64,000 bases of DNA. It comes from Gammaproteobacteria bacterium (GTDB taxonomy: Bacteria > Pseudomonadota > Gammaproteobacteria > SURF-13). Positions 1 through 13,166 of this stretch are shown piece after piece. Both the position numbers and the translations under genes were made by a program. The stretch lies in assembly GCA_030680605.1 (NCBI GenBank), contig JAUXUQ010000001.1, positions 139,046-203,045 on the forward strand, in the 5' to 3' direction. The first letter of the stretch is position 1. Each line of letters starts with the position of its first letter. Under the pieces are notes generated by a model that had not been told where the DNA came from, did not search any database, and worked only from the letters and a program-made list of their open reading frames with translations.

Positions 1-321
1 GTAACTGACTCTGTAGTGAACATCTGGGCCAGCGCCGACTGGTATGAGCGTGAAGCATTCGATTTCTTTGGTATCCTGTTTGAAGGACACCCCGACTTGA
101 GGCGCATACTCACTGACTACGGCTTTATTGGCCACCCCATGCGCAAGGATTTCCCGCTCATAGGTCAGGTCGAAATGCGCTATGACCCGGACAAGAAACG
201 CGTAGTCTACGAGCCGGTGAGCATCAAGCCACGCATACTGGTGCCGCGTGTCATTCGCAAAGATCATCGCTATGTGGCCGATGCAGCCAGAGAGGGTGCG
301 GAACGCGATGGAAATTCGTAA
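1..321 (+). CDS. nuoC: NADH-quinone oxidoreductase subunit C, C-terminal part (5' end outside window)
   Basis: Frame is open from base 1 to the stop at 319-321. [42 protein letters not shown] is the conserved 30-kDa subunit core. 14-nt overlap with nuoD. Confidence 0.9.
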   Translation, partial: VTDSVVNIWASADWYEREAFDFFGILFEGHPDLRRILTDYGFIGHPMRKDFPLIGQVEMRYDPDKKRVVYEPVSIKPRILVPRVIRKDHRYVADAAREGAERDGNS

Positions 322-1558
322 CTACACCATGAACTTCGGCCCCCAGCACCCGAGCGCCCACGGCGTGTTGCGGCTGGTGCTGGAAATGGATGGCGAGGTA
401 ATCCAGCGTGCCGATCCGCATATCGGCCTGTTGCACCGCGGCACCGAGAAACTCGCCGAGAGCAAGCCTTTCAACCAGTCCATCGGCTACATGGATCGCC
501 TCGACTACGTGTCGATGATGTGCAACGAGCACGGCTACGTGCTCGCCATGGAAAAATTGCTCGGCATTGAGCCGCCACTGCGCGCGCAATATATCCGTGT
601 GATGTTTGACGAGATTACGCGCATCCTGAACCACCTCCTGTGGTTGGGCGCACATGCGCTCGACATTGGCGCGATGACGGTATTTCTGTATGCCTTCCGC
701 GAGCGCGAAGACCTGATGGACTGCTACGAAGCAGTCTCCGGCGCACGCCTGCATGCGACCTATTACCGTCCGGGTGGCGTGTACCGTGACCTGCCAGACA
801 CCATGCCGCAATACCGGTCGTCACCCTGGCACAATGAAAAAGAAACCGCGGCCCGCAACCACAACCGCCACGGCTCATTGCTCGACTTCATCGAAAACTT
901 CACCGCGCGTTTCCCCACCTATGTCGATGAGTATGAAAACCTGCTTACCGATAACCGCATCTGGAAACAGCGTACGGTCGGTATCGGCGTAGTCACGCCG
1001 GAGCGCGCACTGCAGCTCGGCTTTACCGGCCCGATGTTACGCGGCTCCGGTATTGCCTGGGATTTGCGCAAGAAACAGCCGTATGAGGTCTACGATCGTC
1101 TCGACTTTGACATCCCCGTCGGCGTCACCGGTGACTGCTACGACCGCTATCTGGTGCGGGTCGAGGAGATGCGCCAATCCAACAACATCGTCAAACAGTG
1201 CATCGCATGGCTGCGCGACAACCCGGGCCCGGTGATGATCGACGATCATAAAATATCGCCGCCCAAGCGCTCACAGATGAAAGGCGACATGGAGTCGCTG
1301 ATTCACCACTTCAAACTGTTTACGGAGGGTTTCTGCCTTCCGGAGGGCGAGGCCTATGCCGCTGTTGAGGCACCCAAGGGTGAGTTTGGCGTCTATCTTG
1401 TTTCTGATGGCGCAAACAAACCCTACAGGCTCAAGGTGCGCGCACCGGGCTTTGCACACATTTCTGCGCTGGATGAAATGTCACGCGGACATATGCTGGC
1501 GGACGTGGTCGCCATTATCGGAACCCAGGACATTGTATTTGGTGAGGTCGACCGATGA
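308..1558 (+). CDS. nuoD: NADH-quinone oxidoreductase subunit D (49 kDa)
   Basis: 416 aa from ATG 308 ([30 protein letters not shown]...), ending ...[12 protein letters not shown], a typical NuoD. The longer ORF from 248 overlaps nuoC and is unlikely. Confidence 0.95.
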   Translation: MEIRNYTMNFGPQHPSAHGVLRLVLEMDGEVIQRADPHIGLLHRGTEKLAESKPFNQSIGYMDRLDYVSMMCNEHGYVLAMEKLLGIEPPLRAQYIRVMFDEITRILNHLLWLGAHALDIGAMTVFLYAFREREDLMDCYEAVSGARLHATYYRPGGVYRDLPDTMPQYRSSPWHNEKETAARNHNRHGSLLDFIENFTARFPTYVDEYENLLTDNRIWKQRTVGIGVVTPERALQLGFTGPMLRGSGIAWDLRKKQPYEVYDRLDFDIPVGVTGDCYDRYLVRVEEMRQSNNIVKQCIAWLRDNPGPVMIDDHKISPPKRSQMKGDMESLIHHFKLFTEGFCLPEGEAYAAVEAPKGEFGVYLVSDGANKPYRLKVRAPGFAHISALDEMSRGHMLADVVAIIGTQDIVFGEVDR

Positions 1559-2070
1559 GCGCCACCTCAATGCAAGCCTCGTCACCGCTGTCAGCGCTGA
1601 TTTCCGCAGAGGCACTGGGCAAGATCAATCACTGGCTGGCCAAATATCCCGCACAACAGAAAGTATCTGCGGTAATTCCTGCGCTCACTATTGTACAGGA
1701 CGAGAACGGCGGCTGGATTACGCGTGAATTGATGGATGCCGTTGCAGACTACCTTTCCCTGCCTGCCATCGCCGTCTACGAAGTAGCTACGTTTTACACC
1801 ATGTTCGAACTGAAGCCTGTGGGCACCCACAAGATTTCGGTGTGCACCAATATTTCCTGTATGCTGCGCGGCTCTGACAAGATTGTCGATCACCTTGAGA
1901 AAACGCTGGGTATACGTCCCGGAGAAACAACTGCCGATGGCAAATTCACGGTCAAGGAGGTCGAGTGCCTCGCTGCCTGCGGCGGCGCCCCGATGTTCAT
2001 GATCGGAAAGACCTACCACGAGAATCTGACACCTGCCAAGGTGGACCAGATACTGGCGGCACTGGAATAA
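1555..2070 (+). CDS. nuoE: NADH-quinone oxidoreductase subunit E (24 kDa, 2Fe-2S)
   Basis: 171 aa. Cys pattern VCTNISC ... [14 protein letters not shown] overlap with the nuoD stop. Confidence 0.95.
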   Translation: MSATSMQASSPLSALISAEALGKINHWLAKYPAQQKVSAVIPALTIVQDENGGWITRELMDAVADYLSLPAIAVYEVATFYTMFELKPVGTHKISVCTNISCMLRGSDKIVDHLEKTLGIRPGETTADGKFTVKEVECLAACGGAPMFMIGKTYHENLTPAKVDQILAALE

Positions 2071-2074
2071 ACCC

Positions 2075-3349
2075 ATGGCCAACGAAGTCTGCTTTCAAAA
2101 TCTGCATCTTGAGCAGCCCTGGACCCTGAAAACCTATCAGAGTACGGGCGGCTATGAGGCGCTTAAGCGGATTCTGAGCGAGCACACGCCGCCCGATGAA
2201 ATCATCAGCGAAGTCAAAAAGTCCGCGCTACGTGGGCGGGGTGGGGCAGGGTTCCCCACCGGCCTGAAGTGGAGCTTCATGGCACGCAATGCACCGGGCC
2301 AGAAATATATTGTATGCAATTCAGACGAAGGCGAACCCGGCACCTTCAAGGATCGGGATATTCTGCGTTATAACCCGCATGCCCTGATCGAAGGGATGGC
2401 GATAGCCGCCTATACCATCGGCGCCACGGTTGGCTACAATTACATGCGCGGCGAGTTCCATGAACCCTATGAGCGGTTCGAAGCAGCGCTCGACGAAGCC
2501 CGTGCCGCAGGCTTGCTGGGTGAAAATATCCTCGGCTCCGGGGTAAATTTCCAGCTGCATTCGCATATGGGCGCGGGCGCCTATATTTGCGGCGAAGAAA
2601 CAGCCTTGCTTGAATCACTGGAAGGCAAGAAAGGCCTGCCCCGATTCAAACCCCCGTTTCCGGCAAGCTTTGGGCTGTATGGCCGGCCTACTATCGTCAA
2701 CAATACCGAAACACTGGCCTCGATTCCTTTGATCATGCGCAACAGCGGCCAATGGTTTCTCGAGATCGGCAAACCCAACAACGGCGGCCCCAAGATATTT
2801 TCCGTTTCCGGCCATGTGAACAAGCCTGGCAACTACGAGGTGCCGCTAGGCACACCGTTCTCAGAATTGCTGAAATTGGCGGGCGGCATGCTCGAAGGCC
2901 GTAAACTCAAGGCTGTCATTCCCGGGGGTACCTCGGTACCCGTATTACCGGGGGAAACCATCATGGGTCTCAATATGGACTATGAGTCCCTCTCCAAGGC
3001 AGGTTCCATGCTCGGCGCCGGTTCGGTAATCGTGATGGATGAAACTACCTGCATGGTGCGTGCACTGTCGCGCATCTCCCATTTTTATTACGAAGAATCC
3101 TGCGGACAATGCACACCCTGCCGGGAAGGCACTGGTTGGCTGTCACGCGTCGTTCACCGTATCGAGCATGGCAACGGCAAACATGAGGACATGGACTTGC
3201 TGGTGGACGTCGCCAACAAAATAGAGGGCCGCACCATCTGCGCCTTGGGCGATGCGGCAGCCCTGCCGGTAATGAGCTTCATAAAACACTTCCGGGCAGA
3301 GTTTGAACACCACGTCGCGCACCGCAGTTGTCTGCCGGGCACGCACTGA
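2075..3349 (+). CDS. nuoF: NADH-quinone oxidoreductase subunit F (51 kDa, FMN/NADH site)
   Basis: 424 aa. [13 protein letters not shown] motif and C-terminal [12 protein letters not shown] 4Fe-4S motif. Confidence 0.95.
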   Translation: MANEVCFQNLHLEQPWTLKTYQSTGGYEALKRILSEHTPPDEIISEVKKSALRGRGGAGFPTGLKWSFMARNAPGQKYIVCNSDEGEPGTFKDRDILRYNPHALIEGMAIAAYTIGATVGYNYMRGEFHEPYERFEAALDEARAAGLLGENILGSGVNFQLHSHMGAGAYICGEETALLESLEGKKGLPRFKPPFPASFGLYGRPTIVNNTETLASIPLIMRNSGQWFLEIGKPNNGGPKIFSVSGHVNKPGNYEVPLGTPFSELLKLAGGMLEGRKLKAVIPGGTSVPVLPGETIMGLNMDYESLSKAGSMLGAGSVIVMDETTCMVRALSRISHFYYEESCGQCTPCREGTGWLSRVVHRIEHGNGKHEDMDLLVDVANKIEGRTICALGDAAALPVMSFIKHFRAEFEHHVAHRSCLPGTH

Positions 3350-3358
3350 GTTTTTCAC

Positions 3359-5728
3359 ATGGCTACGATTGAAATCAACGGCAAGCTGATGCAGGTTCGC
3401 GATGGCAGCATGATCATCGAGGCCTCGGATGAGGCGGGCATTCCGATTCCGCGCTTCTGCTACCACAAAAAGCTTTCGATTGCGGCCAACTGCCGTATGT
3501 GCCTGGTGGATGTCGACAAGGCCGCGAAACCGCTGCCTGCATGTGCTACCCCGGTCACCGATGGCATGAAGATTCTCACCCACTCGCCCAAGGCCATCAT
3601 GGCGCAAAAGGGCGTGATGGAGTTTCTGCTCATCAATCATCCGCTCGACTGCCCGATCTGCGATCAGGGCGGCGAGTGTGAGCTACAGGAAGTCGCCATG
3701 GGTTACGGGCCTGGCGTGTCGCGCTACCAGGAAAAGAAACGTGTAGTAAAGGATAAGGATATCGGACCGCTTATTTCTACCGACATGACGCGCTGCATCC
3801 ACTGCACTCGCTGCGTTCGCTTTGGACAGGAGATCGCGGGCATCATGGAGCTCGGTGCAACAGGGCGGGGCGAGCACATGGAAATCGGCACCTATATCGA
3901 AAAAAGCCTGGTATCCGAGGTGTCGGGCAATGTTATCGACCTGTGCCCGGTAGGAGCATTGACTGCAAAACCGTCGCGCTTTGCTGCACGAGCATGGGAG
4001 ATGTCGCAACGCCCCACCATTGCACCGCATGACTCGATAGGCTCCGGGCTGTACGTGCATGTGCGCGACAACCAGGTCATGCGTGTCGTCCCGCGCGAGA
4101 ATGAAGAGACCAATGAGACCTGGATTTCTGACCGTGACCGGTTCAGTTATCAGGGACTGGACAGTGATGACCGCCTGCGTGCGCCCATGATCAAGCGCAA
4201 CGGCATCTGGCACGAAACCGACTGGGCAACGGCCCTCGAAGCCACGGTGGAAGGACTGAAACACATTGCCGAGTCACAGGGTGCAGCGCAGATCGGCGCA
4301 CTGGCCAGCCCAATCGCCACCCTGGAAGAGATGTATCTGCTGCAAAAGCTGATGCGCGCACTGGGCTCGAGCAACATTGATCATCGCCTGCGCCAGACTG
4401 ACTTCAGCGGCCAGAACAATGCCCCACTGCATCCCGCTCTCAACTGCAGTATCGCAGACCTTGAACAGCTTGATGCCGCATTGCTGATAGGCTCTAACGT
4501 ACGCAAGGAACAGCCCATCGCTGCACTGCGCATGCGCAAGGCCGCCCTTCGAGGCGGGCGCCTCATGCTGCTCAACCCGCTGGACTACGAGATGAGTTTC
4601 CCGGTGGCGGAAAAAATCGTTACCGACCCTGTCGGCATGGTGCATGCACTCGCTGGCATTGCAAAGGTATTGCTGAAAGATGCGGCTGCACCTGACAAGA
4701 CGCTAACATCCATGCTGACTGATATTCAGGTCGACGCCACCCATCTCGCCATTGCCCATAATCTCAGGGACGCAGATAAAAGTGTAGTGCTGCTTGGCAA
4801 TATCGCCAGCGCGCACCCGCAATTCTCCCTGCTCGAGAGCCTGGGCCAGCTGGTTGCCGAGTTGAGCTGCAGCGGCTTTGGCATGCTGCCGGAAGCGGGC
4901 AACAGTGCTGGCGCATGGATCGCTGGGATGCTGCCGCACCGCGAAGCAGGGGGTGTGCCTGCCGCGCAAACAGGTCTGGATGCACAGGGCATGCTGGCGG
5001 CGAAATTAAAGGCCTATCTTCTGCTGTCTGTTGAGCCGGAGTACGACTGTGCTGACCCCACGCGTGCCATGCAGGCAGTGACCAGCGCGGACTTTGTGGT
5101 CGCGCTGACGGCATTCAGAAGCGCCTCCATGGACAACTATGCCAACGTCATGCTGCCTGCCGTGCCGTTTACCGAAACTGCGGGTACATTTGTCAATGCA
5201 GAAGGTCGCTGGCAAAGCTTTGAAGCCGCTGTCAACGCCCTGGGCGAGGCCAGACCTGCATGGAAAATCCTGCGTGTGCTCGGCAACCTGCTCAATGCCG
5301 ATGGCTTTGAGTATGTCACCTGCCAGGAAGTTACCGAGGAAGTGAAACACGCCACCACCCGGCAAGCATCCAGGGGCGCCGTCGGGGTCAGGGCCACAAT
5401 ACAGTCATTACCCGCTGCCGACAGCACATTGATGCGTATCGGTGATGTGCCGATGTACGCTGTGGATGCCTTGATACGTCGCGCCACTGCACTGCAACAG
5501 ACACATGATGCGCGACCCGCTGCAGCCTACGTCAATGCACAGCTTGCCGCACAACTGAGCATCGTCGAAGGACAGTTTGTGCAAGCTCGCCAAGGTGACA
5601 TGCGGGCACGTCTGCCTATCGTACTGGATGCACGCGTGCCAGACCGGTGTGTGCGGATACCGGCCGGACTCGCCGGCAGCAGTACACTGGGGTCCGCATT
5701 CGGCCCGGTTGAACTGGAGAGGGCTTAG
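3359..5728 (+). CDS. nuoG: NADH-quinone oxidoreductase subunit G (75 kDa)
   Basis: 789 aa. N-terminal Fe-S Cys clusters (CYHKKLSIAANCRMC, HPLDCPICDQGGEC, CIHCTRCVRF, CPVGALT) followed by a molybdopterin-oxidoreductase-like domain. Confidence 0.95.
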   Translation: MATIEINGKLMQVRDGSMIIEASDEAGIPIPRFCYHKKLSIAANCRMCLVDVDKAAKPLPACATPVTDGMKILTHSPKAIMAQKGVMEFLLINHPLDCPICDQGGECELQEVAMGYGPGVSRYQEKKRVVKDKDIGPLISTDMTRCIHCTRCVRFGQEIAGIMELGATGRGEHMEIGTYIEKSLVSEVSGNVIDLCPVGALTAKPSRFAARAWEMSQRPTIAPHDSIGSGLYVHVRDNQVMRVVPRENEETNETWISDRDRFSYQGLDSDDRLRAPMIKRNGIWHETDWATALEATVEGLKHIAESQGAAQIGALASPIATLEEMYLLQKLMRALGSSNIDHRLRQTDFSGQNNAPLHPALNCSIADLEQLDAALLIGSNVRKEQPIAALRMRKAALRGGRLMLLNPLDYEMSFPVAEKIVTDPVGMVHALAGIAKVLLKDAAAPDKTLTSMLTDIQVDATHLAIAHNLRDADKSVVLLGNIASAHPQFSLLESLGQLVAELSCSGFGMLPEAGNSAGAWIAGMLPHREAGGVPAAQTGLDAQGMLAAKLKAYLLLSVEPEYDCADPTRAMQAVTSADFVVALTAFRSASMDNYANVMLPAVPFTETAGTFVNAEGRWQSFEAAVNALGEARPAWKILRVLGNLLNADGFEYVTCQEVTEEVKHATTRQASRGAVGVRATIQSLPAADSTLMRIGDVPMYAVDALIRRATALQQTHDARPAAAYVNAQLAAQLSIVEGQFVQARQGDMRARLPIVLDARVPDRCVRIPAGLAGSSTLGSAFGPVELERA

Positions 5729-5744
5729 CAGCCCAGCCGCCTAG

Positions 5745-6788
5745 ATGGAATTAGTGACCACACTTTGGGCCGCCACGCCCCTCACACTACAGATCGTCAT
5801 CAAGATATTGACGATCGTGATTCCGTTGTCGCTCGCTGTTGCTTACCTTACGCTGGCAGAGCGCAAAGTCATCGGTTATATCCAGGCACGCATTGGGCCT
5901 AACCGGGTAGGCCCGCGCGGCCTGCTGCAACCGATTGCCGACGGCATCAAGCTCCTGATGAAGGAAGTCATCATTCCCACCGGGGCGAATCGCTCGCTGT
6001 TTATCATCGGGCCTATCCTGACACTTGCACCGGCGCTTATTGCGTGGGCGGTGATCCCATTTGATGAAGGCATGGTGCTTTCTGATATCAACGCCGGCCT
6101 GCTGTACATCATGGCCATCACCTCCATGGGTGTTTACGGCGTCATCATCGCTGGCTGGGCTTCCAACTCAAAATATGCCTTTCTCGGCGCACTCCGCTCT
6201 GCGGCACAGATTGTCTCCTATGAAATCGCCATGGGCTTCGCACTGGTCGGCGTACTGCTTGCAGCAGGCAGTCTCAATCTGGGCGACATCGTACGGTCAC
6301 AGGCAGGCAGCGTAGCGCACTGGTTCTGGCTGCCGCTGCTACCGTTGTTTCTTGTTTATTTTATTGCCGGCGTTGCCGAGACCAATCGCGCACCCTTCGA
6401 CGTTGCAGAAGGAGAATCAGAAATCGTCGCAGGATTTCACGTCGAGTACTCCGGCATGACGTTTGCGGTATTTTTCCTTGCCGAATACGCCAACATGATT
6501 CTGGTGTCCGCGTTGGCCGCCCTCATGTTTCTGGGTGGGTGGCTGTCACCGTTTCAGGGCATACCGGTTCTGGAGGGCCTGTTCGCCTGGGTACCGGGCA
6601 TGGTTTGGCTGTTGCTCAAGATTTCAGTACTGTTGTTCCTGTTCCTGTGGTTCCGCGCCACCTTCCCGCGTTATCGTTATGACCAGATCATGCGGCTGGG
6701 CTGGAAGATATTTATCCCAATCACGATTGCATGGCTGATTGTAGTGGCTGCCGCCGTTCTATACGAACTGCCGTGGTGGTTCGACTGA
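5745..6788 (+). CDS. nuoH: NADH-quinone oxidoreductase subunit H
   Basis: 347 aa polytopic membrane protein. [34 protein letters not shown] is the conserved NuoH N-terminus. Confidence 0.95.
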   Translation: MELVTTLWAATPLTLQIVIKILTIVIPLSLAVAYLTLAERKVIGYIQARIGPNRVGPRGLLQPIADGIKLLMKEVIIPTGANRSLFIIGPILTLAPALIAWAVIPFDEGMVLSDINAGLLYIMAITSMGVYGVIIAGWASNSKYAFLGALRSAAQIVSYEIAMGFALVGVLLAAGSLNLGDIVRSQAGSVAHWFWLPLLPLFLVYFIAGVAETNRAPFDVAEGESEIVAGFHVEYSGMTFAVFFLAEYANMILVSALAALMFLGGWLSPFQGIPVLEGLFAWVPGMVWLLLKISVLLFLFLWFRATFPRYRYDQIMRLGWKIFIPITIAWLIVVAAAVLYELPWWFD

Positions 6789-6793
6789 TACTG

Positions 6794-7282
6794 ATGAAAA
6801 CCGCATTCAATTACATCAAGAGTCTTTTCCTGTGGGAACTGCTGGGTGGCCTGAGGCTGACCGGCAGGTACCTGTTTGGCAAAAAAATCACGGTACAGTA
6901 CCCGGAAGAGAAGACTCCCATGTCGCCGCGTTTCCGTGGCCTGCATGCGCTGCGACGCTATCCGAACGGAGAGGAGCGTTGCATTGGCTGCAAGCTGTGT
7001 GAAGCCGTATGTCCGGCCGCCTGCATCACCATAGAGACAGCGGAACGCAGTGACGGCACCCGCCGCACAACCCGTTACGATATCGACCTGTTCAAGTGTA
7101 TTTACTGCGGTTTCTGTGAGGAGTCGTGCCCCGTCGACGCCATCGTAGAGACACGCATATTCGAATATCACTTCGAAAAGCGTGGCGATCACATCATCAC
7201 CAAGGACAGGCTGCTCGAAATAGGGGACAAGTGTGAAAAAGACATTGCCGCTGATCGCGCCCACGATGCGCCTTATCGCTAG
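6794..7282 (+). CDS. nuoI: NADH-quinone oxidoreductase subunit I (2x4Fe-4S)
   Basis: 162 aa from ATG 6794 ([12 protein letters not shown]...). Two ferredoxin motifs, [12 protein letters not shown] and [12 protein letters not shown]. The ORF-track start at 6731 overlaps nuoH. Confidence 0.95.
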   Translation: MKTAFNYIKSLFLWELLGGLRLTGRYLFGKKITVQYPEEKTPMSPRFRGLHALRRYPNGEERCIGCKLCEAVCPAACITIETAERSDGTRRTTRYDIDLFKCIYCGFCEESCPVDAIVETRIFEYHFEKRGDHIITKDRLLEIGDKCEKDIAADRAHDAPYR

Positions 7283-7313
7283 CCAACATAAAAACAGTTA
7301 AACTGCCTCGCTC

Positions 7314-7922
7314 ATGGAACACATCATTTTTTATATTTTTGCCGCCATATTGCTGCTGTCAGCTCTAATGGTCATTACCGTCCGCAACCCGGTGTACGCG
7401 GCGCTGTTTCTGGTGCTTGCGTTTTTCACCAGCGCCGCCATCTGGCTGCTGCTCGAAGCCGAGTTTCTCGCGATTACGCTGGTGCTGGTATACGTCGGCG
7501 CCGTCATGGTGCTGTTCCTGTTCGTCATCATGATGCTGGATATCAACCTGACGGTGTTGCGCGATGGCTTTGCGCGCTACCTGCCTGTAGCGGCACTGGT
7601 AGCCACGCTGATTGTTGTAGAAATGGTGCTGGTCGTCGGCCCAGCCCACTTCGGACTCGACGTTATCGCGCCGCCTGTGCCGCATCCTGCCGACTACAGC
7701 AACACCCAGGCGCTGGGCAACGTACTCTATACCGTTTATGTATATCCCTTTGAGCTGGCGGCCACCATTCTGCTGGTCGCCATCGTCGCCGCTATAGCGT
7801 TGACCCTGCGCCGTCGGCCACAGGTCAAGTCACAGGATCCGGCACAGCAGGTGCTGGTGCGCAGCACTGACCGCGTGCGGATCATCAAGATGCCTTCGGA
7901 AAAGAAAGGGCAGGGGACATGA
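7314..7922 (+). CDS. nuoJ: NADH-quinone oxidoreductase subunit J
   Basis: 202 aa hydrophobic protein in the expected operon slot between nuoI and nuoK. Confidence 0.9.
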   Translation: MEHIIFYIFAAILLLSALMVITVRNPVYAALFLVLAFFTSAAIWLLLEAEFLAITLVLVYVGAVMVLFLFVIMMLDINLTVLRDGFARYLPVAALVATLIVVEMVLVVGPAHFGLDVIAPPVPHPADYSNTQALGNVLYTVYVYPFELAATILLVAIVAAIALTLRRRPQVKSQDPAQQVLVRSTDRVRIIKMPSEKKGQGT

Positions 7923-8224
7923 TTGCCCTATCCGAGTTCCTCATATTGGGCGCCATCCTGTTCTGCATCAGCATGGCGGGCATCTTCATCAACCGTAAGA
8001 ACATCATCATCCTGTTGATGGCCATCGAGCTCATGTTACTTGCCGTCAACATGAATTTTGTCGCCTTCTCGCACTATCTGGGTGACGATGCCGGGCAGAT
8101 TTTTGTATTTTTCATACTTACCGTGGCTGCTGCGGAGTCCGCCATAGGGTTGGCAATACTGGTGGTGCTGTTCCGTAATCGGCGCGCCATCAATGTCGAA
8201 GACATCGGCAGCCTGAAGGGGTAG
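7919..8224 (+). CDS. nuoK: NADH-quinone oxidoreductase subunit K
   Basis: 101 aa, three TM segments, [16 protein letters not shown] motif. ATGA overlap with nuoJ. Confidence 0.95.
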   Translation: MIALSEFLILGAILFCISMAGIFINRKNIIILLMAIELMLLAVNMNFVAFSHYLGDDAGQIFVFFILTVAAAESAIGLAILVVLFRNRRAINVEDIGSLKG

Positions 8225-8227
8225 CGG

Positions 8228-10180
8228 ATGAAAAACGTCTATCTCGGTATCGTGCTGGCGCCTCTGATCGGCGCAATCATCGCCGGCCTGTTTGGCAAAC
8301 AGATAGGCCGCAGCGCCGCCCACTGGGTGACCACGCTCGGTGTCGCCATCTCCTTCATACTTTCACTGCTGGTTTTCAAGCACATCATCCTGGATGGTGC
8401 GCCAATATTCAACGAGGCGATCTACATCTGGATGGTGAGCGACGGCATCAAATTCGAGATTGGTTTTCTGGTCGATCAGCTGACCGCCATGATGATCGTT
8501 GTGGTGACCTTCGTCTCCTTGATGGTGCACATCTACACCATCGGCTACATGCACGACGATCCAGGCTATCAGCGCTTCTTCTGCTACATCGCATTGTTTA
8601 CCTTCTCCATGCTGATGCTGGTCATGTCCAATAACTTCCTGCAGCTGTTTTTCGGCTGGGAGGCTGTAGGACTGGTTTCCTACCTGCTGATTGGTTTCTG
8701 GTTCAAGCGCGAAACGGCAATCTACGCCAATCTCAAGGCCTTTCTGGTAAACCGCGTAGGTGATCTGGGCTTCCTGCTGGGTATCGCTGCCATACTGATG
8801 TATTTCAACACGCTCGATTACGCCCAGGTATTCGGCGCGGCACCGCAACTGGCCGGTGAGAGCATAGAACTGATTGCCGGCCATGAATGGTCGTTGATGA
8901 CTGTGATCTGCATTCTGCTGTTCATTGGCGCCATGGGCAAATCGGCGCAGGTGCCGCTGCATGTCTGGTTACCAGACTCCATGGAAGGCCCGACACCTAT
9001 TTCAGCCCTGATACACGCAGCCACCATGGTCACGGCGGGTATTTTCATGGTAGCCCGCATGTCGCCTTTGTTCGAGTTCTCTGAAACAGCACTCACCGTC
9101 GTGCTGTTGATTGGGGCGACCACGGCGCTCTTCATGGGCCTGCTCGGCATCGTGCAGAATGACATCAAGCGTGTGGTTGCCTATTCCACACTCTCACAGC
9201 TGGGATACATGACAGTGGCGCTCGGAGCCTCAGCCTACGCAGGCGCGCTGTTCCATCTTATGACCCACGCCTTCTTCAAGGCCCTGCTGTTTCTGGCCGC
9301 AGGCTCTGTCATCCTTGCCCTGCACCACGAGCAGGACATCCGCAAAATGGGCGGCTTGAGGAAGCATCTTCCCGTCACCTACGCGACCTTCCTGATAGGT
9401 ACGCTGGCGTTAATTGGCTTCCCCGGCTTCGCGGGTTTCTTCTCCAAGGATGCCATCCTGGAGGCGGTACATGCCTCACAGCTGGCGGGCGCGGGTATCG
9501 CCTATGTAGCGATTCTGGTAGGTGTATTCATTACTGCGCTATACAGCTTCCGCCTGCTGTTTCTGGTATTCCATGGCGAATCACGCCTTGACACGCACAC
9601 GCGCGAACATGTGCATGAGAGCCCGGCTGTAGTAATCCTGCCGCTGATCGCGCTTGCCATCCCGTCAGTCATCATCGGCGCCATCTACCTGGGCCCGATG
9701 CTGTTCGGAGAGTTTTTCGGCGAATCACTTTTTGTATTGCCCCAGCATGACGTGCTGAAACAGATCGGTGCCGACTACCATGGCGTGCTGGCCTTTACGC
9801 TGCATGCCCTGACCCAGCCACCTGTCTGGCTGGCCTTCGCTGGCATAGCAGTGGCCTGGTTTCTCTACCTGAAGCGACCCGATCTGCCAGACAGGATCAA
9901 GCAGCGTTTTTCCATGCTGTATCGGGTGCTGGACAACAAGTATGGGTTCGACGACTTTAACGACACCGTTTTCGCAGGGGGAGGGCGTTGGTTTGGCCGT
10001 CTGCTCTGGCAGACCGGCGATGTTACCGTTGTCGATGGCGTCATGGTGAACGGCACGGCGCGTGCCGTCGGCTGGTTCTCTTCGGTAGTGCGCCACGTGC
10101 AAACCGGCTATTTGTACCATTATGCCTTTGCCATCATTATCGGGCTGCTGTTGCTGCTCGGCTGGCCACTCTTTATCTAA
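8228..10180 (+). CDS. nuoL: NADH-quinone oxidoreductase subunit L
   Basis: 650 aa antiporter-like subunit ([27 protein letters not shown] motifs). Confidence 0.95.
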   Translation: MKNVYLGIVLAPLIGAIIAGLFGKQIGRSAAHWVTTLGVAISFILSLLVFKHIILDGAPIFNEAIYIWMVSDGIKFEIGFLVDQLTAMMIVVVTFVSLMVHIYTIGYMHDDPGYQRFFCYIALFTFSMLMLVMSNNFLQLFFGWEAVGLVSYLLIGFWFKRETAIYANLKAFLVNRVGDLGFLLGIAAILMYFNTLDYAQVFGAAPQLAGESIELIAGHEWSLMTVICILLFIGAMGKSAQVPLHVWLPDSMEGPTPISALIHAATMVTAGIFMVARMSPLFEFSETALTVVLLIGATTALFMGLLGIVQNDIKRVVAYSTLSQLGYMTVALGASAYAGALFHLMTHAFFKALLFLAAGSVILALHHEQDIRKMGGLRKHLPVTYATFLIGTLALIGFPGFAGFFSKDAILEAVHASQLAGAGIAYVAILVGVFITALYSFRLLFLVFHGESRLDTHTREHVHESPAVVILPLIALAIPSVIIGAIYLGPMLFGEFFGESLFVLPQHDVLKQIGADYHGVLAFTLHALTQPPVWLAFAGIAVAWFLYLKRPDLPDRIKQRFSMLYRVLDNKYGFDDFNDTVFAGGGRWFGRLLWQTGDVTVVDGVMVNGTARAVGWFSSVVRHVQTGYLYHYAFAIIIGLLLLLGWPLFI

Positions 10181-10189
10181 GGCGGTCAT

Positions 10190-11707
10190 ATGTTGGCAGA
10201 GTTTCCATTACTAAGCCTGGCCGTCTGGCTGCCCATCCTGGGTGGCTTGCTGGTGCTTGCTACTGCAAGTGAGGCGCGCATACAGTTCACGCGTGTGCTG
10301 GCGCTGCTGACCTCACTACTTACCCTTGTTGTCACCCTCCCGCTGTATACGCAGTTCGACGCCACTACGCATGCCATGCAGTTTGTCGAGCAGGCCAACT
10401 GGATACCCACATTTGATATTCGTTACCATCTCGGTATTGACGGTATCAGCCTGCCGCTGATACTTCTGACGAGCTTCATCACCGTATTGGTCGTCATAGC
10501 AGGCTGGGAGGTCATCAACTACAAGCTGGCCCAGTACATGGCTGCCTTCCTGATCATGGAAGGGCTGATGATCGGTGTCTTCGCTGCCCTGGATGCCATC
10601 CTGTTTTATGTTTTCTGGGAAGCTATGCTGATACCGATGTTTCTGATCATTGGTATCTGGGGCGGGCCCAAGCGGGTGTATGCCTCGATCAAGTTCTTTT
10701 TATATACCTTTCTCGGCTCGGTACTGATGTTGGTAGCATTCCTGTACCTGTACTTTGCCGGGGGCAGTTTCGGCATACTGGATATGCACCAGCTGCAGAT
10801 CGGCATGACTGCACAGACCCTCATTTTCATAGCCTTCCTGGTTGCCTTTGCGGTCAAGGTGCCCATGTGGCCGGTGCATACCTGGCTACCGGACGCCCAC
10901 GTCGAGGCACCTACCGGCGGATCGGTAGTACTTGCCGCCATCATGCTGAAGATGGGCGCCTACGGTTTTCTGCGCTTCAGCCTGCCGATTACACCCGACG
11001 CCAGCCGGGAACTGGACTGGTTCATGATCCTGCTGTCCCTGATTGCCATTGTCTATATTGGTTTTGTCGCACTGGCACAGAAGGATATGAAAAAACTCAT
11101 TGCCTACTCATCCATCTCCCACATGGGGTTTGTGACGCTGGGTTTCTTTATCGCCTTCGATATCCTGCAACGCACGGGCTCCACACAAGGGGCCATCATG
11201 GGCCTGGAAGGTGCGCTGGTGCAGATGATATCGCACGGGTTTGTTTCAGGCGCGCTGTTCCTCTGCGTAGGCGTATTGTACGACCGTATGCACAGCCGTG
11301 AGATCAGTGCTTATGGCGGCGTGGCCAACACCATGCCGGTCTTCGCCTCGCTGATGGTGCTGTTTGCGCTGGCCAACGCAGGGCTGCCTGGCACCTCGGG
11401 TTTTGTCGGCGAATTTATGGTGATACTCAGCGCATTCAAGGCAAACTTCTGGTACGCACTGCTCGCCGGTCTGACGCTGGTTCTGGGTGCGGCCTATACC
11501 CTGTGGATGGTCAAGCGTGTTATTTTCGGCGAGATAGCCAATGACGGTGTAGCAGGGCTCAAGGATATTAATGCCCGCGAGGCGCTGGTACTCGGTGTGC
11601 TGGCTGGCGCCGTACTGCTGGTAGGCATCTGGCCTGCGCCACTGCTGGACATCATGCATCCCACGATGCAGAACCTGCTGCAACTCATGATGCATTCGAA
11701 ACTGTAG
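10190..11707 (+). CDS. nuoM: NADH-quinone oxidoreductase subunit M
   Basis: 505 aa antiporter-like subunit ([25 protein letters not shown] motif). Confidence 0.95.
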   Translation: MLAEFPLLSLAVWLPILGGLLVLATASEARIQFTRVLALLTSLLTLVVTLPLYTQFDATTHAMQFVEQANWIPTFDIRYHLGIDGISLPLILLTSFITVLVVIAGWEVINYKLAQYMAAFLIMEGLMIGVFAALDAILFYVFWEAMLIPMFLIIGIWGGPKRVYASIKFFLYTFLGSVLMLVAFLYLYFAGGSFGILDMHQLQIGMTAQTLIFIAFLVAFAVKVPMWPVHTWLPDAHVEAPTGGSVVLAAIMLKMGAYGFLRFSLPITPDASRELDWFMILLSLIAIVYIGFVALAQKDMKKLIAYSSISHMGFVTLGFFIAFDILQRTGSTQGAIMGLEGALVQMISHGFVSGALFLCVGVLYDRMHSREISAYGGVANTMPVFASLMVLFALANAGLPGTSGFVGEFMVILSAFKANFWYALLAGLTLVLGAAYTLWMVKRVIFGEIANDGVAGLKDINAREALVLGVLAGAVLLVGIWPAPLLDIMHPTMQNLLQLMMHSKL

Positions 11708-11720
11708 AGGCACATCGGTC

Positions 11721-13166
11721 ATGCCATTCACTGCCCCTGATTTCGCACCCGCCATCCCCGAGATGTTCGTCCTCGGCATGGCCAGCATCATTCTGGTGAT
11801 CGATGCCTTTCTGTCCGAGCGTAACCGCATGGTCACCTATGTGCTGGCCCAGCTGACGCTGATTGTTGCCGCCCTGTTGACCCTTGGCCAGGCCAGTAGC
11901 GAATCAACACTGACATTCAGTGGGATGTTTATCAGCGACGGTATGTCCGTGGTACTTAAGCTCTTCATTTATCTTATTACGTTCGTCGTATTTATCTACT
12001 CACGTGACTATCTGAAATCACGCCAGCTTTATCAGGGCGAGTACTTTGTGCTGGCGCTGTTTGCCACCCTCGGCATGATGGTGCTGGTATCCGCCCACAG
12101 CCTGCTCACCCTCTACCTTGGCCTGGAGCTGCTTTCACTGTCGCTCTACACCATGGTGGCGCTGCAACGTGACTCCGTAGTCGCCTCGGAAGCAGCGATG
12201 AAGTACTTCGTGCTGGGCGCGCTCGCCTCAGGCATCCTGCTCTATGGAATGTCGATGTTGTACGGTGTCAGCGGCAGCCTTGATATCGCTGCCATCAACG
12301 CACTGCTCAGCGAACAGGATCCGGCAAAACCTTCCATCGTGCTGGTATTCGCCCTGGTGTTTGTACTGGTCGGGTTGCTGTTCAAGCTTGGTGCTGTACC
12401 TTTCCATATGTGGGTGCCGGATGTCTATCACGGTGCACCGACGTCGGTGACGCTATTCATAGGCACAGCGCCCAAAATTGCCGCCTTCGCCATGCTGATG
12501 CGGCTGCTGGTGGATGGCCTGGGTGAGCTGCATACCCAGTGGCAGGATATGCTGATTATCGTGGCCGTGCTCACCATTGCTGCCGGCAACATCATTGCAA
12601 TTGCGCAAACCAACATCAAGCGCATGCTGGCGTACTCCACCATCGCGCATGTCGGCTTTCTGTTGCTGGGGATACTGAGCGGTACGCTGAACGGCTACTC
12701 TGCATCGATGTTTTATGTCATAGTTTATGCGCTTATGAGCATGGGTGGCTTCGGCATGATCATTCTGCTTTCACGTGCAGGTTTTGAGGCGGATAAACTC
12801 GATGATTTCAAGGCCCTCAACCAGCGCAGCCCATGGTTCGCGTTCATGATGCTCATCCTGATGTTTTCGATGGCGGGGGTGCCACCCACCGTCGGATTTT
12901 ATGCCAAGCTGGCGGTGCTGCAGGCAGTGGTCGATGCTGACCTGCTGTGGCTGGCCGTGGTTGCCGTGATATTCTCGGTCATTGGTGCCTACTACTACCT
13001 GCGCATCATCAAGCTGATGTACTTTGATCAGTCCGATGACATGACACCCGTAGTGGCTGGCTTAGACATGCGTGTAGCCATGAGCCTGAATGGGCTCGCC
13101 ATACTTGGGCTGGGACTGTTCCCCGGCAGCTTGCTGGCGCTCTGCATTACGGTATTTAATCCCTGA
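11721..13166 (+). CDS. nuoN: NADH-quinone oxidoreductase subunit N
   Basis: 481 aa antiporter-like subunit, last gene of the nuo set. Confidence 0.95.
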   Translation: MPFTAPDFAPAIPEMFVLGMASIILVIDAFLSERNRMVTYVLAQLTLIVAALLTLGQASSESTLTFSGMFISDGMSVVLKLFIYLITFVVFIYSRDYLKSRQLYQGEYFVLALFATLGMMVLVSAHSLLTLYLGLELLSLSLYTMVALQRDSVVASEAAMKYFVLGALASGILLYGMSMLYGVSGSLDIAAINALLSEQDPAKPSIVLVFALVFVLVGLLFKLGAVPFHMWVPDVYHGAPTSVTLFIGTAPKIAAFAMLMRLLVDGLGELHTQWQDMLIIVAVLTIAAGNIIAIAQTNIKRMLAYSTIAHVGFLLLGILSGTLNGYSASMFYVIVYALMSMGGFGMIILLSRAGFEADKLDDFKALNQRSPWFAFMMLILMFSMAGVPPTVGFYAKLAVLQAVVDADLLWLAVVAVIFSVIGAYYYLRIIKLMYFDQSDDMTPVVAGLDMRVAMSLNGLAILGLGLFPGSLLALCITVFNP